DNA of 64,000 nucleotides, taken from positions 643,924 to 707,923 of the forward strand of contig OZ246414.1 in NCBI GenBank assembly GCA_965231125.1. The letters are read 5' to 3'. The notes under the pieces were generated by a model. The model ran no database searches. It saw only the letters and a list, made by a program, of their open reading frames with translations, and was not told the origin of the DNA. The first letter of the stretch is position 1; every line of letters starts with the position of its first letter. Below are positions 41,422 through 50,963 of the stretch, piece by piece. The DNA comes from an uncultured Gammaproteobacteria bacterium (lineage in GTDB: Bacteria > Patescibacteriota > Microgenomatia > Woykebacterales > RBG-16-39-9b). Made by a program: the position numbers and the translations under genes.

Positions 41422-41892
41422 ATGAAGCTCAACCAAGTAACTTGGTATTCAAAACTTGCCGCGTTGATTTTATTTATCCTTTTGCCTTTTGCCGGCTTTT
41501 ACCTGGGAATGAAATACCAAGAAGCGTTAAGCCCTCCAAGCTCAACTTCTTATTTGATAAACCCCGGAGCACCAAATTCTTCTTCCTCCGCAACAAAAAA
41601 TGCGACGCAAACAATAAACAAAGACGGTGTAACAATAAGCATAACTAACAAAGACGGAACTTTAACGTATAGCGGGACTGTCGAATTTCCAACGCCCTGT
41701 TATAAGTTAAATGTGGACTCGATAGTAGCCGAAAGCTACCCAGAACAAGTGCAGATTAAGCTTACAACAGAGCCGCAAAATCGGGGAGAATTCTGCGCTG
41801 CAGTATTAACCAAAAAAACTTTTTCCGGTACGGTAAAAGTTTCCGCCAGTGCCAAAGTCTACATTTACCTCAACGACCAGAAAATTTACTAA
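41422..41892 (+). CDS. secreted hypothetical protein (signal anchor + beta-rich domain)
   Basis: N-terminal hydrophobic segment. No family recognised. Confidence 0.5.
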   Translation: MKLNQVTWYSKLAALILFILLPFAGFYLGMKYQEALSPPSSTSYLINPGAPNSSSSATKNATQTINKDGVTISITNKDGTLTYSGTVEFPTPCYKLNVDSIVAESYPEQVQIKLTTEPQNRGEFCAAVLTKKTFSGTVKVSASAKVYIYLNDQKIY

Positions 41893-42482
41893 TGAAAACC
41901 ATCTATTTTGCGCGCCATGGCGAAGCCTTAGACAATGTTGAAGACAGATACGGCGGCTCAAGCAATGACCCACTAACAGAAAGAGGCGGGGAGACGGCAA
42001 GGCAATTGGCCGAAAAAATTTCCCACTTAACACCCTCTCCAAAGAAAATTTATACAAGCTCATTTAAAAGAGCAGCGGAAACTGCAGAAATTATTAGCCA
42101 AACTCTTGGCTTAAGCGTGATTAAAAGAGAAGATCTTAAGGAGAGAGATCGCTATGGAATTTTAACTCGCCTCACTAAAACCGAAGCCAAAAACAAATAT
42201 CCAGATTTGGTCGAACAAGTCCAAGATTACCGACAGACAATCACTGGTGCTGAAACTTACGAGCATTACCGATATAGAGTATTAAAAGCCCTTAATGAAA
42301 TTTTTCAAAAAGAAAACCAAGATCTACTGATCGTTTGCCACGGTGGGACTTTTAGAATTGTCATGTGGGAGCTTTTTGGTAAAAAAGACTATAAAGAGGC
42401 TGCCTTAAACGCACTTATTACTATCGAGGAAAGTAAAGGCAAGAGAGTTTTGAAAAGTTTTGAAGGGCTTAAATTTACTTAA
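41892..42482 (+). CDS. histidine phosphatase family protein (phosphoglycerate-mutase-like)
   Basis: MKTIYFARHGEALDNVEDRYGG (RHG catalytic motif)...IVCHGGTFR. Confidence 0.75.
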   Translation: MKTIYFARHGEALDNVEDRYGGSSNDPLTERGGETARQLAEKISHLTPSPKKIYTSSFKRAAETAEIISQTLGLSVIKREDLKERDRYGILTRLTKTEAKNKYPDLVEQVQDYRQTITGAETYEHYRYRVLKALNEIFQKENQDLLIVCHGGTFRIVMWELFGKKDYKEAALNALITIEESKGKRVLKSFEGLKFT

Positions 42483-42814
42483 CCGGCAGCTGCCTCTTCT
42501 TTCCTAAAGAAGAAGCTTTTTTGTAGGCGAAGTTTAGACGGCGGGCTTCTTTAGCGGCTAATTCTTGCTGAACTATTTTTTGGCACTCACTATCAGGACA
42601 TACGTAGGAAGTCACTTTGACTTTCGAGGAATTTACCAAAACAGTTCTTTCCGAAAGCTTTATTCTTTCTTTACCACATCTTATACAGGGGTTGGCTTCG
42701 TAGTTAATTTTTACCTAATCCTTCCGGCTGGAGCAAAAAAACAGAAATTATAATTGGCAGTGACTTGTCTATATTAACACGAATCCAGCCAAAAAACAAC
42801 AAAAACTCCCGCTT

Positions 42815-42850
42815 ATTGGGCTACAAAGTTGGGAGTTTCTTTTTATCCAA
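42815..42850 (+). terminator. intrinsic terminator
   Basis: AAAAACTCCCGCTTATTGGGCTACAAAGTTGGGAGTTTCTTTTT. Confidence 0.45.
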
Positions 42851-42956
42851 TTTTGAAAAAAGTATTTTTTGGCCTACTAATCGACTAAAATATCATACCA
42901 CATCAGTAAAGCCCCATGCAGAATTTAACTCTCCGTAGCTTAGAATAAGCATTCAT

Positions 42957-43883
42957 ATGAAGCCGCACAAGGGAATTTTTCGTGTTCAAGTCCCGTCCTC
43001 AGCCGCAAACCTTGGCCCAGGACTGGATACTTTAGCCTTAGCTCTGTCTCTTCACATAGCCGTTACCGTAAAAGTTTCAAATAAATTCAGAATAACCGTC
43101 AGAGGTTTAGGCCAAGAAGCGATTCCAACCACGAAAGAGTTTAATCTTATCTACAAAGCCTTTGCGCAACTGTGCCGGGATAAAGGCGACAAACCCCCGG
43201 AACTAGATATTCTGGTTGAAAATGATATACCGCCAGCCAGAGGAATTGGCAGTAGTGCGAGTGGAATTGTGGCTGGTTTACTTGCCGCAAACTCTATAAT
43301 GGGTTACAAGATGACTCGAGGCGATCTTCTCCAACTTGCGGATAAGATCGAGGGCCACCCAGATAATCCAGCCGCCGCTCTCTTCGGCGGCTGTGTCGTT
43401 GTAACTAAAGAAGCAGGTAGAGTGTACTGGGGTAGGGTGGACGTTCCACCCCAACTTAAAGTCGTCATGTTTATTCCCGATTTTGAGATACCAACTAAAG
43501 AAAGTAGAAAGATTCTGCCTAAAAAAGTGAGTTTAGAAGACGCCATTTTTAATGTTCAAAGAACCGCTCTTTTGGTTTCAAGTCTAACCCAATCTGACTT
43601 TGAACTGCTAAACATTTCCACCAAAGACAAGCTCCACGAAGATTTAAGAGTTAAGCATTTTTTCCCCAAAGTATATCAACTAGTCGACGCCGCTAGAGAG
43701 GCCGGAGCCAAAGGGGCGTTTCTCTGCGGATCAGGATCTAGCATCGGCGCTTTCGCGGTGGAGAAGCCCAGCTACATTGCCAATATTATGGAAGAAAAGG
43801 CTCGGCAGCTTGGTATATCCGGCACCACAACCATCGTCTCCGTAGATAATGAAGGCGCCACCGTTGAAGAAGTCACCCCTTAA
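42957..43883 (+). CDS. thrB: homoserine kinase (GHMP kinase family)
   Basis: VPSSAANLGPGLDTLALAL N-terminal motif and GHMP motif PARGIGSSASGIVAG. Confidence 0.8.
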   Translation: MKPHKGIFRVQVPSSAANLGPGLDTLALALSLHIAVTVKVSNKFRITVRGLGQEAIPTTKEFNLIYKAFAQLCRDKGDKPPELDILVENDIPPARGIGSSASGIVAGLLAANSIMGYKMTRGDLLQLADKIEGHPDNPAAALFGGCVVVTKEAGRVYWGRVDVPPQLKVVMFIPDFEIPTKESRKILPKKVSLEDAIFNVQRTALLVSSLTQSDFELLNISTKDKLHEDLRVKHFFPKVYQLVDAAREAGAKGAFLCGSGSSIGAFAVEKPSYIANIMEEKARQLGISGTTTIVSVDNEGATVEEVTP

Positions 43884-44036
43884 CTCATAAATAACTCGCC
43901 AACTACTTTTTTGCTTGCTTTTTAAATCTTTTTTCAACACTTTAATTAGCTATCTAATTATATAATCACCAAACATAAACCGGATATTAGTTACTCGCTG
44001 CGAGAAGGTTAACCTTGGCGGCCATGATAGACCTTA

Positions 44037-44381
44037 TCAGTTCTGTTTTGTCATTTCATTTATCTTCGCTGCCAAAATGAAATCATTATCGTGCAGGCCG
44101 GGCATTGCGTGAGTGTAGAAAACTAGGCGGACTTTATTATAAAAAATATAAATATCCGGGTGGTGGCCTTGCTCCTGCGCAATGTCGGCTACCTTATTAA
44201 TAAAGGCCATCGCCTCTTTAAAATCTTTAAATTTAAACCTTTTTGCAATTTGTTTGTGGCCATCCGCCTCTTCGAGTTCCCAATCAGTAACTTGGGCCAG
44301 AAATTCACGGGTCTTCTCATCCGAAAGTGGGGTAGTACCGCCTTCACAGGGAACACATTTTTTCTTTGCTAGATTTTCCAT
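44037..44381 (-). CDS. phhB: pterin-4a-carbinolamine dehydratase (PCD/DCoH)
   Basis: ...FKFKDFKEAMAFINKVADIAQEQGHHPDIYIFYNKVRLVFYTHA matches the PCD signature. Confidence 0.85.
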   Translation of the reverse strand: MENLAKKKCVPCEGGTTPLSDEKTREFLAQVTDWELEEADGHKQIAKRFKFKDFKEAMAFINKVADIAQEQGHHPDIYIFYNKVRLVFYTHAMPGLHDNDFILAAKINEMTKQN

Positions 44382-44409
44382 TACTAATATCTTATCATGG
44401 AATCAGACC

Positions 44410-45639
44410 ATGATTAAAGAAGTGAGCGTTAAAGAAAATAGCTTCGAAAAATATCGGGCAGTTACCGATGCGCCTTTGTACGAAGAAATTTTGGATCTTT
44501 CCAAAAGTTTGAAGGGGGCTCGGATTTTCGAATTAAACGCGACATCCGCTGGCGGGGGAGTAGCCGAAATGCTTTCGTCTTTGCTGCCGGCCTCACAAGA
44601 CTTGGGCCTGAAATCCAAATGGTTTTCCATTAAGGGGCTTCCAGAATTTTTCGAACTGACAAAGCAGCTGCACAACTTCCTGCAAGGAAAAAAAGGAAGT
44701 TTAACGACCAGCCAAAAAGATTTTTATTTAAAGACAAATGCGGAAATTGCCAAAGATATGAAAAGCTTGAAGTCCGATGTCTGGGTGGTGCACGATCCGC
44801 AACCGGCGGCCACTTTAAGTTTTTTACCGGATACAAAAGCCGTCTGGCGCTGCCACATTGATACTTCCAAACCGAATAGTGGCGTCTGGAATTTTTTGCG
44901 GCCCCAGATTAAAAAATATGACCGCTACGTTTTTTCGGTGCGCCGTTTTATTGGCGCCGGTCTAGATTATGAAAAGGCAGAGATAATTCCACCGGCAATC
45001 GACCCTTTCAACGAGAAGAATTCAGAAATGGATGCACTAGCCGCCAAGAAAATTGCGAAAAAGTTTGGGCTGGATACTGGCCGGCCTTTGATTTCGCAAA
45101 TATCCCGCTTTGACCCTTGGAAGGATCCTTGGGGAGTAATAGACGCGTACCGGCTAACTAAGAAAAAATTTCCAAACTTGCAGCTTGCCTTGGTTGGTTT
45201 TTTTGCTCCGGATGACCCAGAAGCGGCGAAAATAATGGTTGAGATTAAAAAATACGCAAAAGGCGATGCCGACATCCACATCTTGTCGAATTTAGACGGG
45301 GTGGGGGCACTGGAAGTAAACGCCTTTCAACGAGCATCGGATGTAGTGATTCAAAAATCGACCCGTGAAGGCTTTGGCTTAACAGTTGCCGAAGCCATGT
45401 GGAAGGAAAAACCCGTAATTGGCGGCCGTGCCGGGGGAATAACGGAACAGATAGAGGACGGGGTAAACGGCTTCTTAGTGACGACTGCAAAAGAAACTGC
45501 AGATAGAGTAGGGCGGCTTTTGGACGATGAAAAACTCTCGGCTCGTCTCGGAACAAAAGGAAAAGAGACGGTGCGCAAAAAATTTCTCCTCCCGCGCCTT
45601 CTCCGAGATCATTTAAAGATTTATAAAGAGCTCCTTTAG
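44410..45639 (+). CDS. GT4-family retaining glycosyltransferase (trehalose/sucrose-synthase-like)
   Basis: C-terminal GT-B EX7E region EGFGLTVAEAMWKEKPVIGGRAGGITEQIEDGVNGFLV. The true ATG is at 44410; the listed ORF from 44182 overlaps phhB on the other strand. Confidence 0.75.
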   Translation: MIKEVSVKENSFEKYRAVTDAPLYEEILDLSKSLKGARIFELNATSAGGGVAEMLSSLLPASQDLGLKSKWFSIKGLPEFFELTKQLHNFLQGKKGSLTTSQKDFYLKTNAEIAKDMKSLKSDVWVVHDPQPAATLSFLPDTKAVWRCHIDTSKPNSGVWNFLRPQIKKYDRYVFSVRRFIGAGLDYEKAEIIPPAIDPFNEKNSEMDALAAKKIAKKFGLDTGRPLISQISRFDPWKDPWGVIDAYRLTKKKFPNLQLALVGFFAPDDPEAAKIMVEIKKYAKGDADIHILSNLDGVGALEVNAFQRASDVVIQKSTREGFGLTVAEAMWKEKPVIGGRAGGITEQIEDGVNGFLVTTAKETADRVGRLLDDEKLSARLGTKGKETVRKKFLLPRLLRDHLKIYKELL

Positions 45640-45704
45640 TGTGAGCACTATACCACAAACCCGTCAACTTTGAACCTTCAAGGCTCTTGTGTTAAACTAG
45701 TTCT

Positions 45705-46067
45705 ATGCAGCCTGCAGTATCTGCCAGCGCATACTTGGCGACTCTTCCAATAGAATTTTTACGCTTTTGGTTCCTAGAAAATCCAAAGCTAACCTGGCGG
45801 GTTTTGTCTTTTATCTTCGCAGCAACCGTCCACCAACTAGGGTACCAATCTTTATTTAAAACATTCTTTCAACCGTGGAAAAATGAGTACCGCGAGGGTT
45901 TAGAAAAATTTTCCCTTTTCATGGGGATCTTTATCAAAAGCATTCTTATTTTGGTTGACACAATAATTATTTTACTTTTATTGGCAGTTGAAGCTGCCGC
46001 TTTTATATTTTGGGTTTTTCTGCCGGTAATTGCCATATGGGGAATTTATGTTGGCCTTTTCACCTAG
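45705..46067 (+). CDS. small polytopic membrane protein (120 aa)
   Basis: Three hydrophobic helices. Its 3' end overlaps the start of the Clp-like gene in another frame. Confidence 0.4.
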   Translation: MQPAVSASAYLATLPIEFLRFWFLENPKLTWRVLSFIFAATVHQLGYQSLFKTFFQPWKNEYREGLEKFSLFMGIFIKSILILVDTIIILLLLAVEAAAFIFWVFLPVIAIWGIYVGLFT

Positions 46068-48513
46068 CTTTTCGAAAACTTTCAAAATTGCCGCGTACTT
46101 AAATTTTCTGGCAACGATACCAGTCCTGCTGGTAAGAGCGTTTTTAATCTTTATTTTGGTGGCAGCTACTTTTTACACCTTCCAGTCTGGCGCCAAGATT
46201 ACTTATTTTTGGGCAGGACTACTTGCCTTTGACTTAATGATCGAGTTTTTTTACCGCGTGCACCTTGCCGACACTAAACCACCCGTAAAGGTAGAGGAGG
46301 CTTCTGCGAGCGAAAACCTTGCCGACGCCATGGAACTTCCGCTGGCTAAAAGATTGGTAAACATTGAAGGCTCAAACAAACTCTCAGAAATTTTGAGGAC
46401 GTTGAAAGGCGATTACAAGACAATTTCGTTTTTTCTGAAAGCCGGTTTCAATAAAGACGAGATTGATTCTTTAATCCAAGGATCTAGTAAAGAAACCCTC
46501 GACACTCAAAAACTTGTCCGCGACGCGTCTATAACTGCCTACAACCAAAAAAGGCCTTACATAGATTCTTTGGACATGATACTTTCTGCCTTTTCCCAAA
46601 GCGCTGCCCTAAAACAGGCTGCTTTTTCAAGGCAGCTTAAAGATGCCGACATTTATAATATTGTTTTTTGGGTGAGAAGTTTATTTGAAAAAGAGGAGCG
46701 ACACTTCTGGGAGCGGTCGGTAGATTCTCTAGGCCCTGGGTTTTCCCGAGTCTGGGAAGGCGGCTGGACACTGGAAACTGAAAAATATTCAATTAACATC
46801 ACCAACCAAGTACTGAGCGGCCAAGCCCAAAACCATCTTGTTGGAAAAGAAAATATTATTTTACAGGTTGAAGAAGTATTGTCCAGATCTAATAAAAGGA
46901 ACGTCATATTGGTCGGAGAGGCGGGTGTTGGGAAAACTACGGTGGTTTACGCCCTTGCCGAAAAATCAATCACGGGGCAGTTACCCGCGGCAATAAAGTA
47001 CAAGCGCTTTCTTGAGATAGATCTTACCTCATTACTTTCTTCAACAGGGGCGGGCGGCGTTTTAGAAGAAAGGCTTAAGAATCTTTTTACAGAAGTCTCT
47101 CACGCCGGCGACGTCGTCTTGTTTATTCCACAAATAGAGTATTTAGCGACAAACGAAGGAGGCGGCGTTGATATTACCGGTTTAGTTTTAGAGACAGTTA
47201 AAGAAGGCAGACTGCAAATTATTGGGACAACCACCAGAGCCTCTTACAAGGAATACATCGAAGGCAAGAGTGCTTTCGCCGACAGTTTTGAAGTTGTCGA
47301 AATACCCGAACCTACGAAAGACGAGGCGGTAAGAATTTTGGAAGAGGCGGCTGCCAATATTGAAAGAAAGACCGGCATATCAGTAACTTACAGAGCCCTG
47401 GAGAAGACGGTGGAGCTAGCCCAAAAATACTTAGTCGACCGAGTTTTGCCAGGCAAAGCTATTGACCTTTTGGATGAGGCGGCGGCCGCATCCTCTTTAC
47501 AAAAGCAAGGTATTTTGCAACCAGAAGTTATTGAGCAAATTGTTTCGGCTAAAACAAAAACCCCAGTGACGAAGGCAGAAGGTGCAGAGGCAAAGACCTT
47601 ATTAAATTTGGAAGCAGAATTACATAAAAGGATTATCGATCAAGAAGAGGCTATTAACGCTATATCAGAAGCGGTCCGCCGAGCCCGGACTTTATCTAAA
47701 GAAGGCACGCGCCCTGTCGGCACTTTTCTTTTTCTCGGGCCCACTGGAGTTGGAAAAACTGAAACCGCAAAGGCATTGGCGGCCGTGTATTTTGGATCCG
47801 AAGAAAAAATTATCCGCGAGGACATGAGCGAGTTCCAAGAGGAATCTTCAATAAATCGTCTCATTGGTGCTCCTCCAGGTAAGGAAGGTTACAAGTCCGG
47901 GGGACATTTTACTGAAGCCGTCCGCCAAAATCCGTTCACGGTTATTCTGCTAGATGAGTTTGAGAAGGCCCATCCAAAAATTCAGGAAGCTTTTCTACCG
48001 GTTCTCGATGAAGGTAAGCTTGAAGACTCTTCCGGACGGCGAATTATTTTTACCAACACTATAATTATTGCCACGTCAAACGCCGGAGCCGAATTTATCC
48101 GCGAGTCGATTCAAAAGGCAGTTGCCGTCCCTGAAATCAAAATTGGGTTGTTAGAAAAACTCCAGGCAGAAGGCATTTTTAAGCCAGAATTCTTAAACCG
48201 ATTTGATGATATTATTCTCTACAAACCCCTAACCAAAGACCAAGTAAAACAGGTTACCCAACTTATGATAGACCAACTTATGGTCCAAATGAAAAAACAA
48301 GACGTTGAAATTATCGTGAGTGATAGCGCACTTTCGTGGCTCTCCGAAAAAGGATACGACCCAGCTTATGGTGCCAGACCTCTGCGGCGAATTATTCAAA
48401 ATCAAGTTGAGGATTCTCTTGCCCGCAAAATCCTTTCCGGTGAACTACCCCGAGGAGGTAAGGTTAGTATCGGTGCCGATACTACTGGTCTTACTTTTAC
48501 TTTGGTTAAATGA
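46030..48513 (+). CDS. membrane-anchored double-AAA+ Clp/Hsp100 ATPase (ClpA/ClpC-like)
   Basis: Two N-terminal TM helices, a Clp_N-like region, D1 Walker A ILVGEAGVGKTT, D2 Walker A FLFLGPTGVGKTETAKALA, ClpP-docking-type loop KIGLLEK, C-terminal D2-small domain. No long M-domain. Confidence 0.8.
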   Translation: MPYGEFMLAFSPSFSKTFKIAAYLNFLATIPVLLVRAFLIFILVAATFYTFQSGAKITYFWAGLLAFDLMIEFFYRVHLADTKPPVKVEEASASENLADAMELPLAKRLVNIEGSNKLSEILRTLKGDYKTISFFLKAGFNKDEIDSLIQGSSKETLDTQKLVRDASITAYNQKRPYIDSLDMILSAFSQSAALKQAAFSRQLKDADIYNIVFWVRSLFEKEERHFWERSVDSLGPGFSRVWEGGWTLETEKYSINITNQVLSGQAQNHLVGKENIILQVEEVLSRSNKRNVILVGEAGVGKTTVVYALAEKSITGQLPAAIKYKRFLEIDLTSLLSSTGAGGVLEERLKNLFTEVSHAGDVVLFIPQIEYLATNEGGGVDITGLVLETVKEGRLQIIGTTTRASYKEYIEGKSAFADSFEVVEIPEPTKDEAVRILEEAAANIERKTGISVTYRALEKTVELAQKYLVDRVLPGKAIDLLDEAAAASSLQKQGILQPEVIEQIVSAKTKTPVTKAEGAEAKTLLNLEAELHKRIIDQEEAINAISEAVRRARTLSKEGTRPVGTFLFLGPTGVGKTETAKALAAVYFGSEEKIIREDMSEFQEESSINRLIGAPPGKEGYKSGGHFTEAVRQNPFTVILLDEFEKAHPKIQEAFLPVLDEGKLEDSSGRRIIFTNTIIIATSNAGAEFIRESIQKAVAVPEIKIGLLEKLQAEGIFKPEFLNRFDDIILYKPLTKDQVKQVTQLMIDQLMVQMKKQDVEIIVSDSALSWLSEKGYDPAYGARPLRRIIQNQVEDSLARKILSGELPRGGKVSIGADTTGLTFTLVK

Positions 48514-48689
48514 ATTTTCCAAAAACTTTTGTAACAACAGTAAAAATATACCGTAAAGAGATTAGCTGGCCCACTAATTTAGCTGCGAACAACCCGAATT
48601 TTTGACTCTGGTTCGCCACCAAATTCGTGAGGGCTTGACAAATTGGGTTTTCTTTCGGATAATGGTAACTCATTAGTCCCAAGCGACTA

Positions 48690-48725
48690 CTAAATTAAAA
48701 ACCTGCTGTACTTCTGTCGGCAGGT
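48690..48725 (+). terminator. terminator-like hairpin
   Basis: AAACCTGCTGTACTTCTGTCGGCAGGTTTTTCTT. Confidence 0.4.
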
Positions 48726-48739
48726 TTTTCTTAGCCAAA

Positions 48740-49318
48740 ATGGTTGAATATTTAAGTGCAGTTGTCAATAAAACAATATTAGAAAACCAAAAAAGTTTTG
48801 GTATCACTTCGCCGCTGAAAAAACTCCGGCTTCCGCTCCTTGCTTTAATCATCGTTGTTTTAGCTCTCGTAGGTTACTTAGCTTTTAAAGGCGGCGGCCA
48901 CCCAGATGCTTCCATTAACAAAAGTTTCACTGTTTCCGCAAGAACTTCCACCGGTATTAGGGTAAGAGACGCAAATTTAAACGTCAAGTTAACTGACGCT
49001 ACAATGGCTAACAATCTACTGGTCCAAAGTCACAAAGCAACTACTAGTAAAGGTAAGACTTTCCTTATTGTAGACATGGAAATTGAAAATAAATACGACG
49101 TCCCACTCTACGCACTACCAGTCGATTTATTCCGCTTAATTAGAGCCGATGGTGAGAAAATTGCTCCATCTGTTCACCAAGGAACTGTCGAGATAAGACC
49201 AATCTCTACTAAGAAAAGCAATGTTGGATTTGTTGTCGACCCGAACGGAAAAAACTTTAAACTCGAAGTTGGCGAGCTACTTGGCACAAAAGATGTTATT
49301 GAGATATTGTTTAAATAG
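48740..49318 (+). CDS. membrane-anchored hypothetical protein (DUF4352-like beta-sandwich, tentative)
   Basis: TM (LPLLALIIVVLALVGYLAF); KGKTFLIVDMEIENKYDVPLYALPVDLFRLIRADGEKIAP pattern. Confidence 0.5.
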   Translation: MVEYLSAVVNKTILENQKSFGITSPLKKLRLPLLALIIVVLALVGYLAFKGGGHPDASINKSFTVSARTSTGIRVRDANLNVKLTDATMANNLLVQSHKATTSKGKTFLIVDMEIENKYDVPLYALPVDLFRLIRADGEKIAPSVHQGTVEIRPISTKKSNVGFVVDPNGKNFKLEVGELLGTKDVIEILFK

Positions 49319-49341
49319 TATTTGCGGCAGACTAAAAATAT

Positions 49342-49557
49342 ATGCTGGATCCATATTCAACAACTGAAATTAGTTCTACATTAATTTCTGAACTCAAGGA
49401 ATCCTTAATCGGTAAAGATTACGGATCGATCGAGATTTATATAGAATCGGGGAGAGTGGTTCAAATAACCGAGAGGGTTATTAAAAAAACAAGATTAAAC
49501 GAAACTAATAAAAAAGACGAGGTAGTTTATTGGAAACCGATAAGAAATCGTAAGTAA
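49342..49557 (+). CDS. small hypothetical protein (71 aa)
   Basis: ORF only; no family recognised. Confidence 0.35.
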   Translation: MLDPYSTTEISSTLISELKESLIGKDYGSIEIYIESGRVVQITERVIKKTRLNETNKKDEVVYWKPIRNRK

Positions 49558-49582
49558 CTTCTCAGCTCGATATAGTAGGGGA

Positions 49583-49611
49583 TTGACAGGTAGTTTTGGG
49601 GTAACTTATAA
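49583..49611 (+). promoter_or_regulatory. sigma70-like promoter (TTGACA-17-TTATAAT)
   Basis: TTGACAggtagttttggggtaacTTATAAT is a near-consensus promoter. Confidence 0.55.
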
Positions 49612-49649
49612 TCATAAACAAAAGTAATAGTTAGCCGACCGCAAACGGA

Positions 49650-49690
49650 GGCAGCTCTTCAAAGATTTGGAGAAGCTGCCTTTTGGTTTT
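49650..49690 (+). promoter_or_regulatory. terminator-like hairpin inside the 5' leader of the repeat-protein gene (possible attenuator)
   Basis: GGCAGCTCTTCaaagatttgGAGAAGCTGCC followed by TTTTGGTTTTCTT. Lies between the promoter and the AAGGGGGTGA RBS. Confidence 0.4.
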
Positions 49691-49715
49691 CTTAGATTAG
49701 GTTACGAAACTAAAC

Positions 49716-50837
49716 TTGAAAGGGGGTGAAAACATGGAAAAAAGAAAATTAATTTATGCTGCATCAAGTGCTTTTGCTGCTTTGGCTTTCTCATTGACAC
49801 CAGCTCTCGCAGCTGAAGCTTCTAACTCTACAACCGGTGCAGAATCAGACAACGATGCTAGTGTTGACACAACTAACTCTGCTAGTATTTTGCAGACTAA
49901 TACCCAAAGAGTCAGCAATGATATCTCTGTTAATGTAAACACTGGTGACAACAGTGCTGACAAGAACACCGGTGACGGTTCTGTAAGAACTGGTGACGCA
50001 AGCTCTTCAGTTAGCCTTTCAAACTTAGGCAACAAGAACTCTGCAACCCTTTCTTTCTCAGGCGCTGGAGACAGCTCAGCTTCTAACGATCACACTGGTT
50101 ACAACTCAGACAACGATGCCAGCGTTAGCGTTGACAACGAGTTAGATCTAACCCAGGCAAATGACGCCTACGTAAGCAACCGAGTTTCCGTAGACGTAGA
50201 CACTGGTGACAACAGTGCTGACAAGAACACCGGTGACGGTTCTGTAAGAACTGGTGACGCAAGTGCCGATGTTTCGATTGAGAATATGCTCAATAAAAAC
50301 AAGTTGACCGTGAACATGGCCGACAGTGGTGACCCATCAGCTTCTAACTCTACAACTGGTGCAAAGTCAGACAACGATGCTAGTGTTGACGTAAGTAACG
50401 ATGCCGACGTTTTACAAACAAACGATCTTTCAGTTTGCAATGACGTTGATGTTGACGTTGAAACTGGTGACAACAGTGCTGACAAGAACACCGGTGACGG
50501 AAGTGTAACTAGCGGTGATGCTGCTGTTACAGTGGATGTTTCCAACTCTGGAAACACTAACTCAGCTTCGCTCAATGATGCCGGCGATCCAGACAACCAG
50601 GTCTCAAATGACCACACTGGTTTTGACTCAGAAAACGATGCTGATGTCAGCATCGACAATGAATTAGATCTGACTCAAGCGAATGAATCCGACATTTACA
50701 ACTCTGGTGATGTATCGGGAGACACTGGTGACAACAGTGCTGACAAGAACACCGGTGACGGCAAAGTCACAACTGGTGACTCTTCTGACGTTGACGTTTC
50801 TGTTTCAACCGACGTCAACTCTAACAGCCTTAAATAG
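49716..50837 (+). CDS. secreted repeat protein (paralogue 1 of 3): signal peptide plus four ~87-aa Asn/Asp/Ser-rich repeats
   Basis: Signal peptide MKGGENMEKRKLIYAASSAFAALAFSLTPALA. Repeated units ...SDNDASVD..LQTN...VSN..SV(N/D)V(N/D)TGDNSADKNTGDGSVRTGDAS... Confidence 0.7.
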   Translation: MKGGENMEKRKLIYAASSAFAALAFSLTPALAAEASNSTTGAESDNDASVDTTNSASILQTNTQRVSNDISVNVNTGDNSADKNTGDGSVRTGDASSSVSLSNLGNKNSATLSFSGAGDSSASNDHTGYNSDNDASVSVDNELDLTQANDAYVSNRVSVDVDTGDNSADKNTGDGSVRTGDASADVSIENMLNKNKLTVNMADSGDPSASNSTTGAKSDNDASVDVSNDADVLQTNDLSVCNDVDVDVETGDNSADKNTGDGSVTSGDAAVTVDVSNSGNTNSASLNDAGDPDNQVSNDHTGFDSENDADVSIDNELDLTQANESDIYNSGDVSGDTGDNSADKNTGDGKVTTGDSSDVDVSVSTDVNSNSLK

Positions 50838-50840
50838 GCT
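49860..50840 (+). repeat. 4 x ~260-bp in-frame tandem repeats within CDS 49716..50837
   Basis: The core actggtgacaacagtgctgacaagaacaccggtgacgg recurs near-identically at ~49941, 50201, 50461 and 50721. Confidence 0.8.
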
Positions 50841-50963
50841 TTAACTTATCTCGGGATCTTGCCCCCAGTTGGGGGCAGGACCCGGATAAGCAGAGCTTGC
50901 GTCCTACGGACTAAAGAAATAGTTGTAAGCAGACAAGAGACTAAATATCTTGCCTGATTATAA

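Noticed and set aside
42565-42753. 62-aa plus-strand ORF MLNYFLALTIRTYVGSHF...
   Set aside because: No RBS and hydrophobic nonsense composition. The opposite strand carries a more protein-like zinc-ribbon frame.
44182-44409. Upstream extension of the GT4 ORF (listed as starting at 44182)
   Set aside because: The extension overlaps the convergent/divergent phhB gene on the other strand and has no RBS. The ATG at 44410 (MIKEVSV...) is the credible start.
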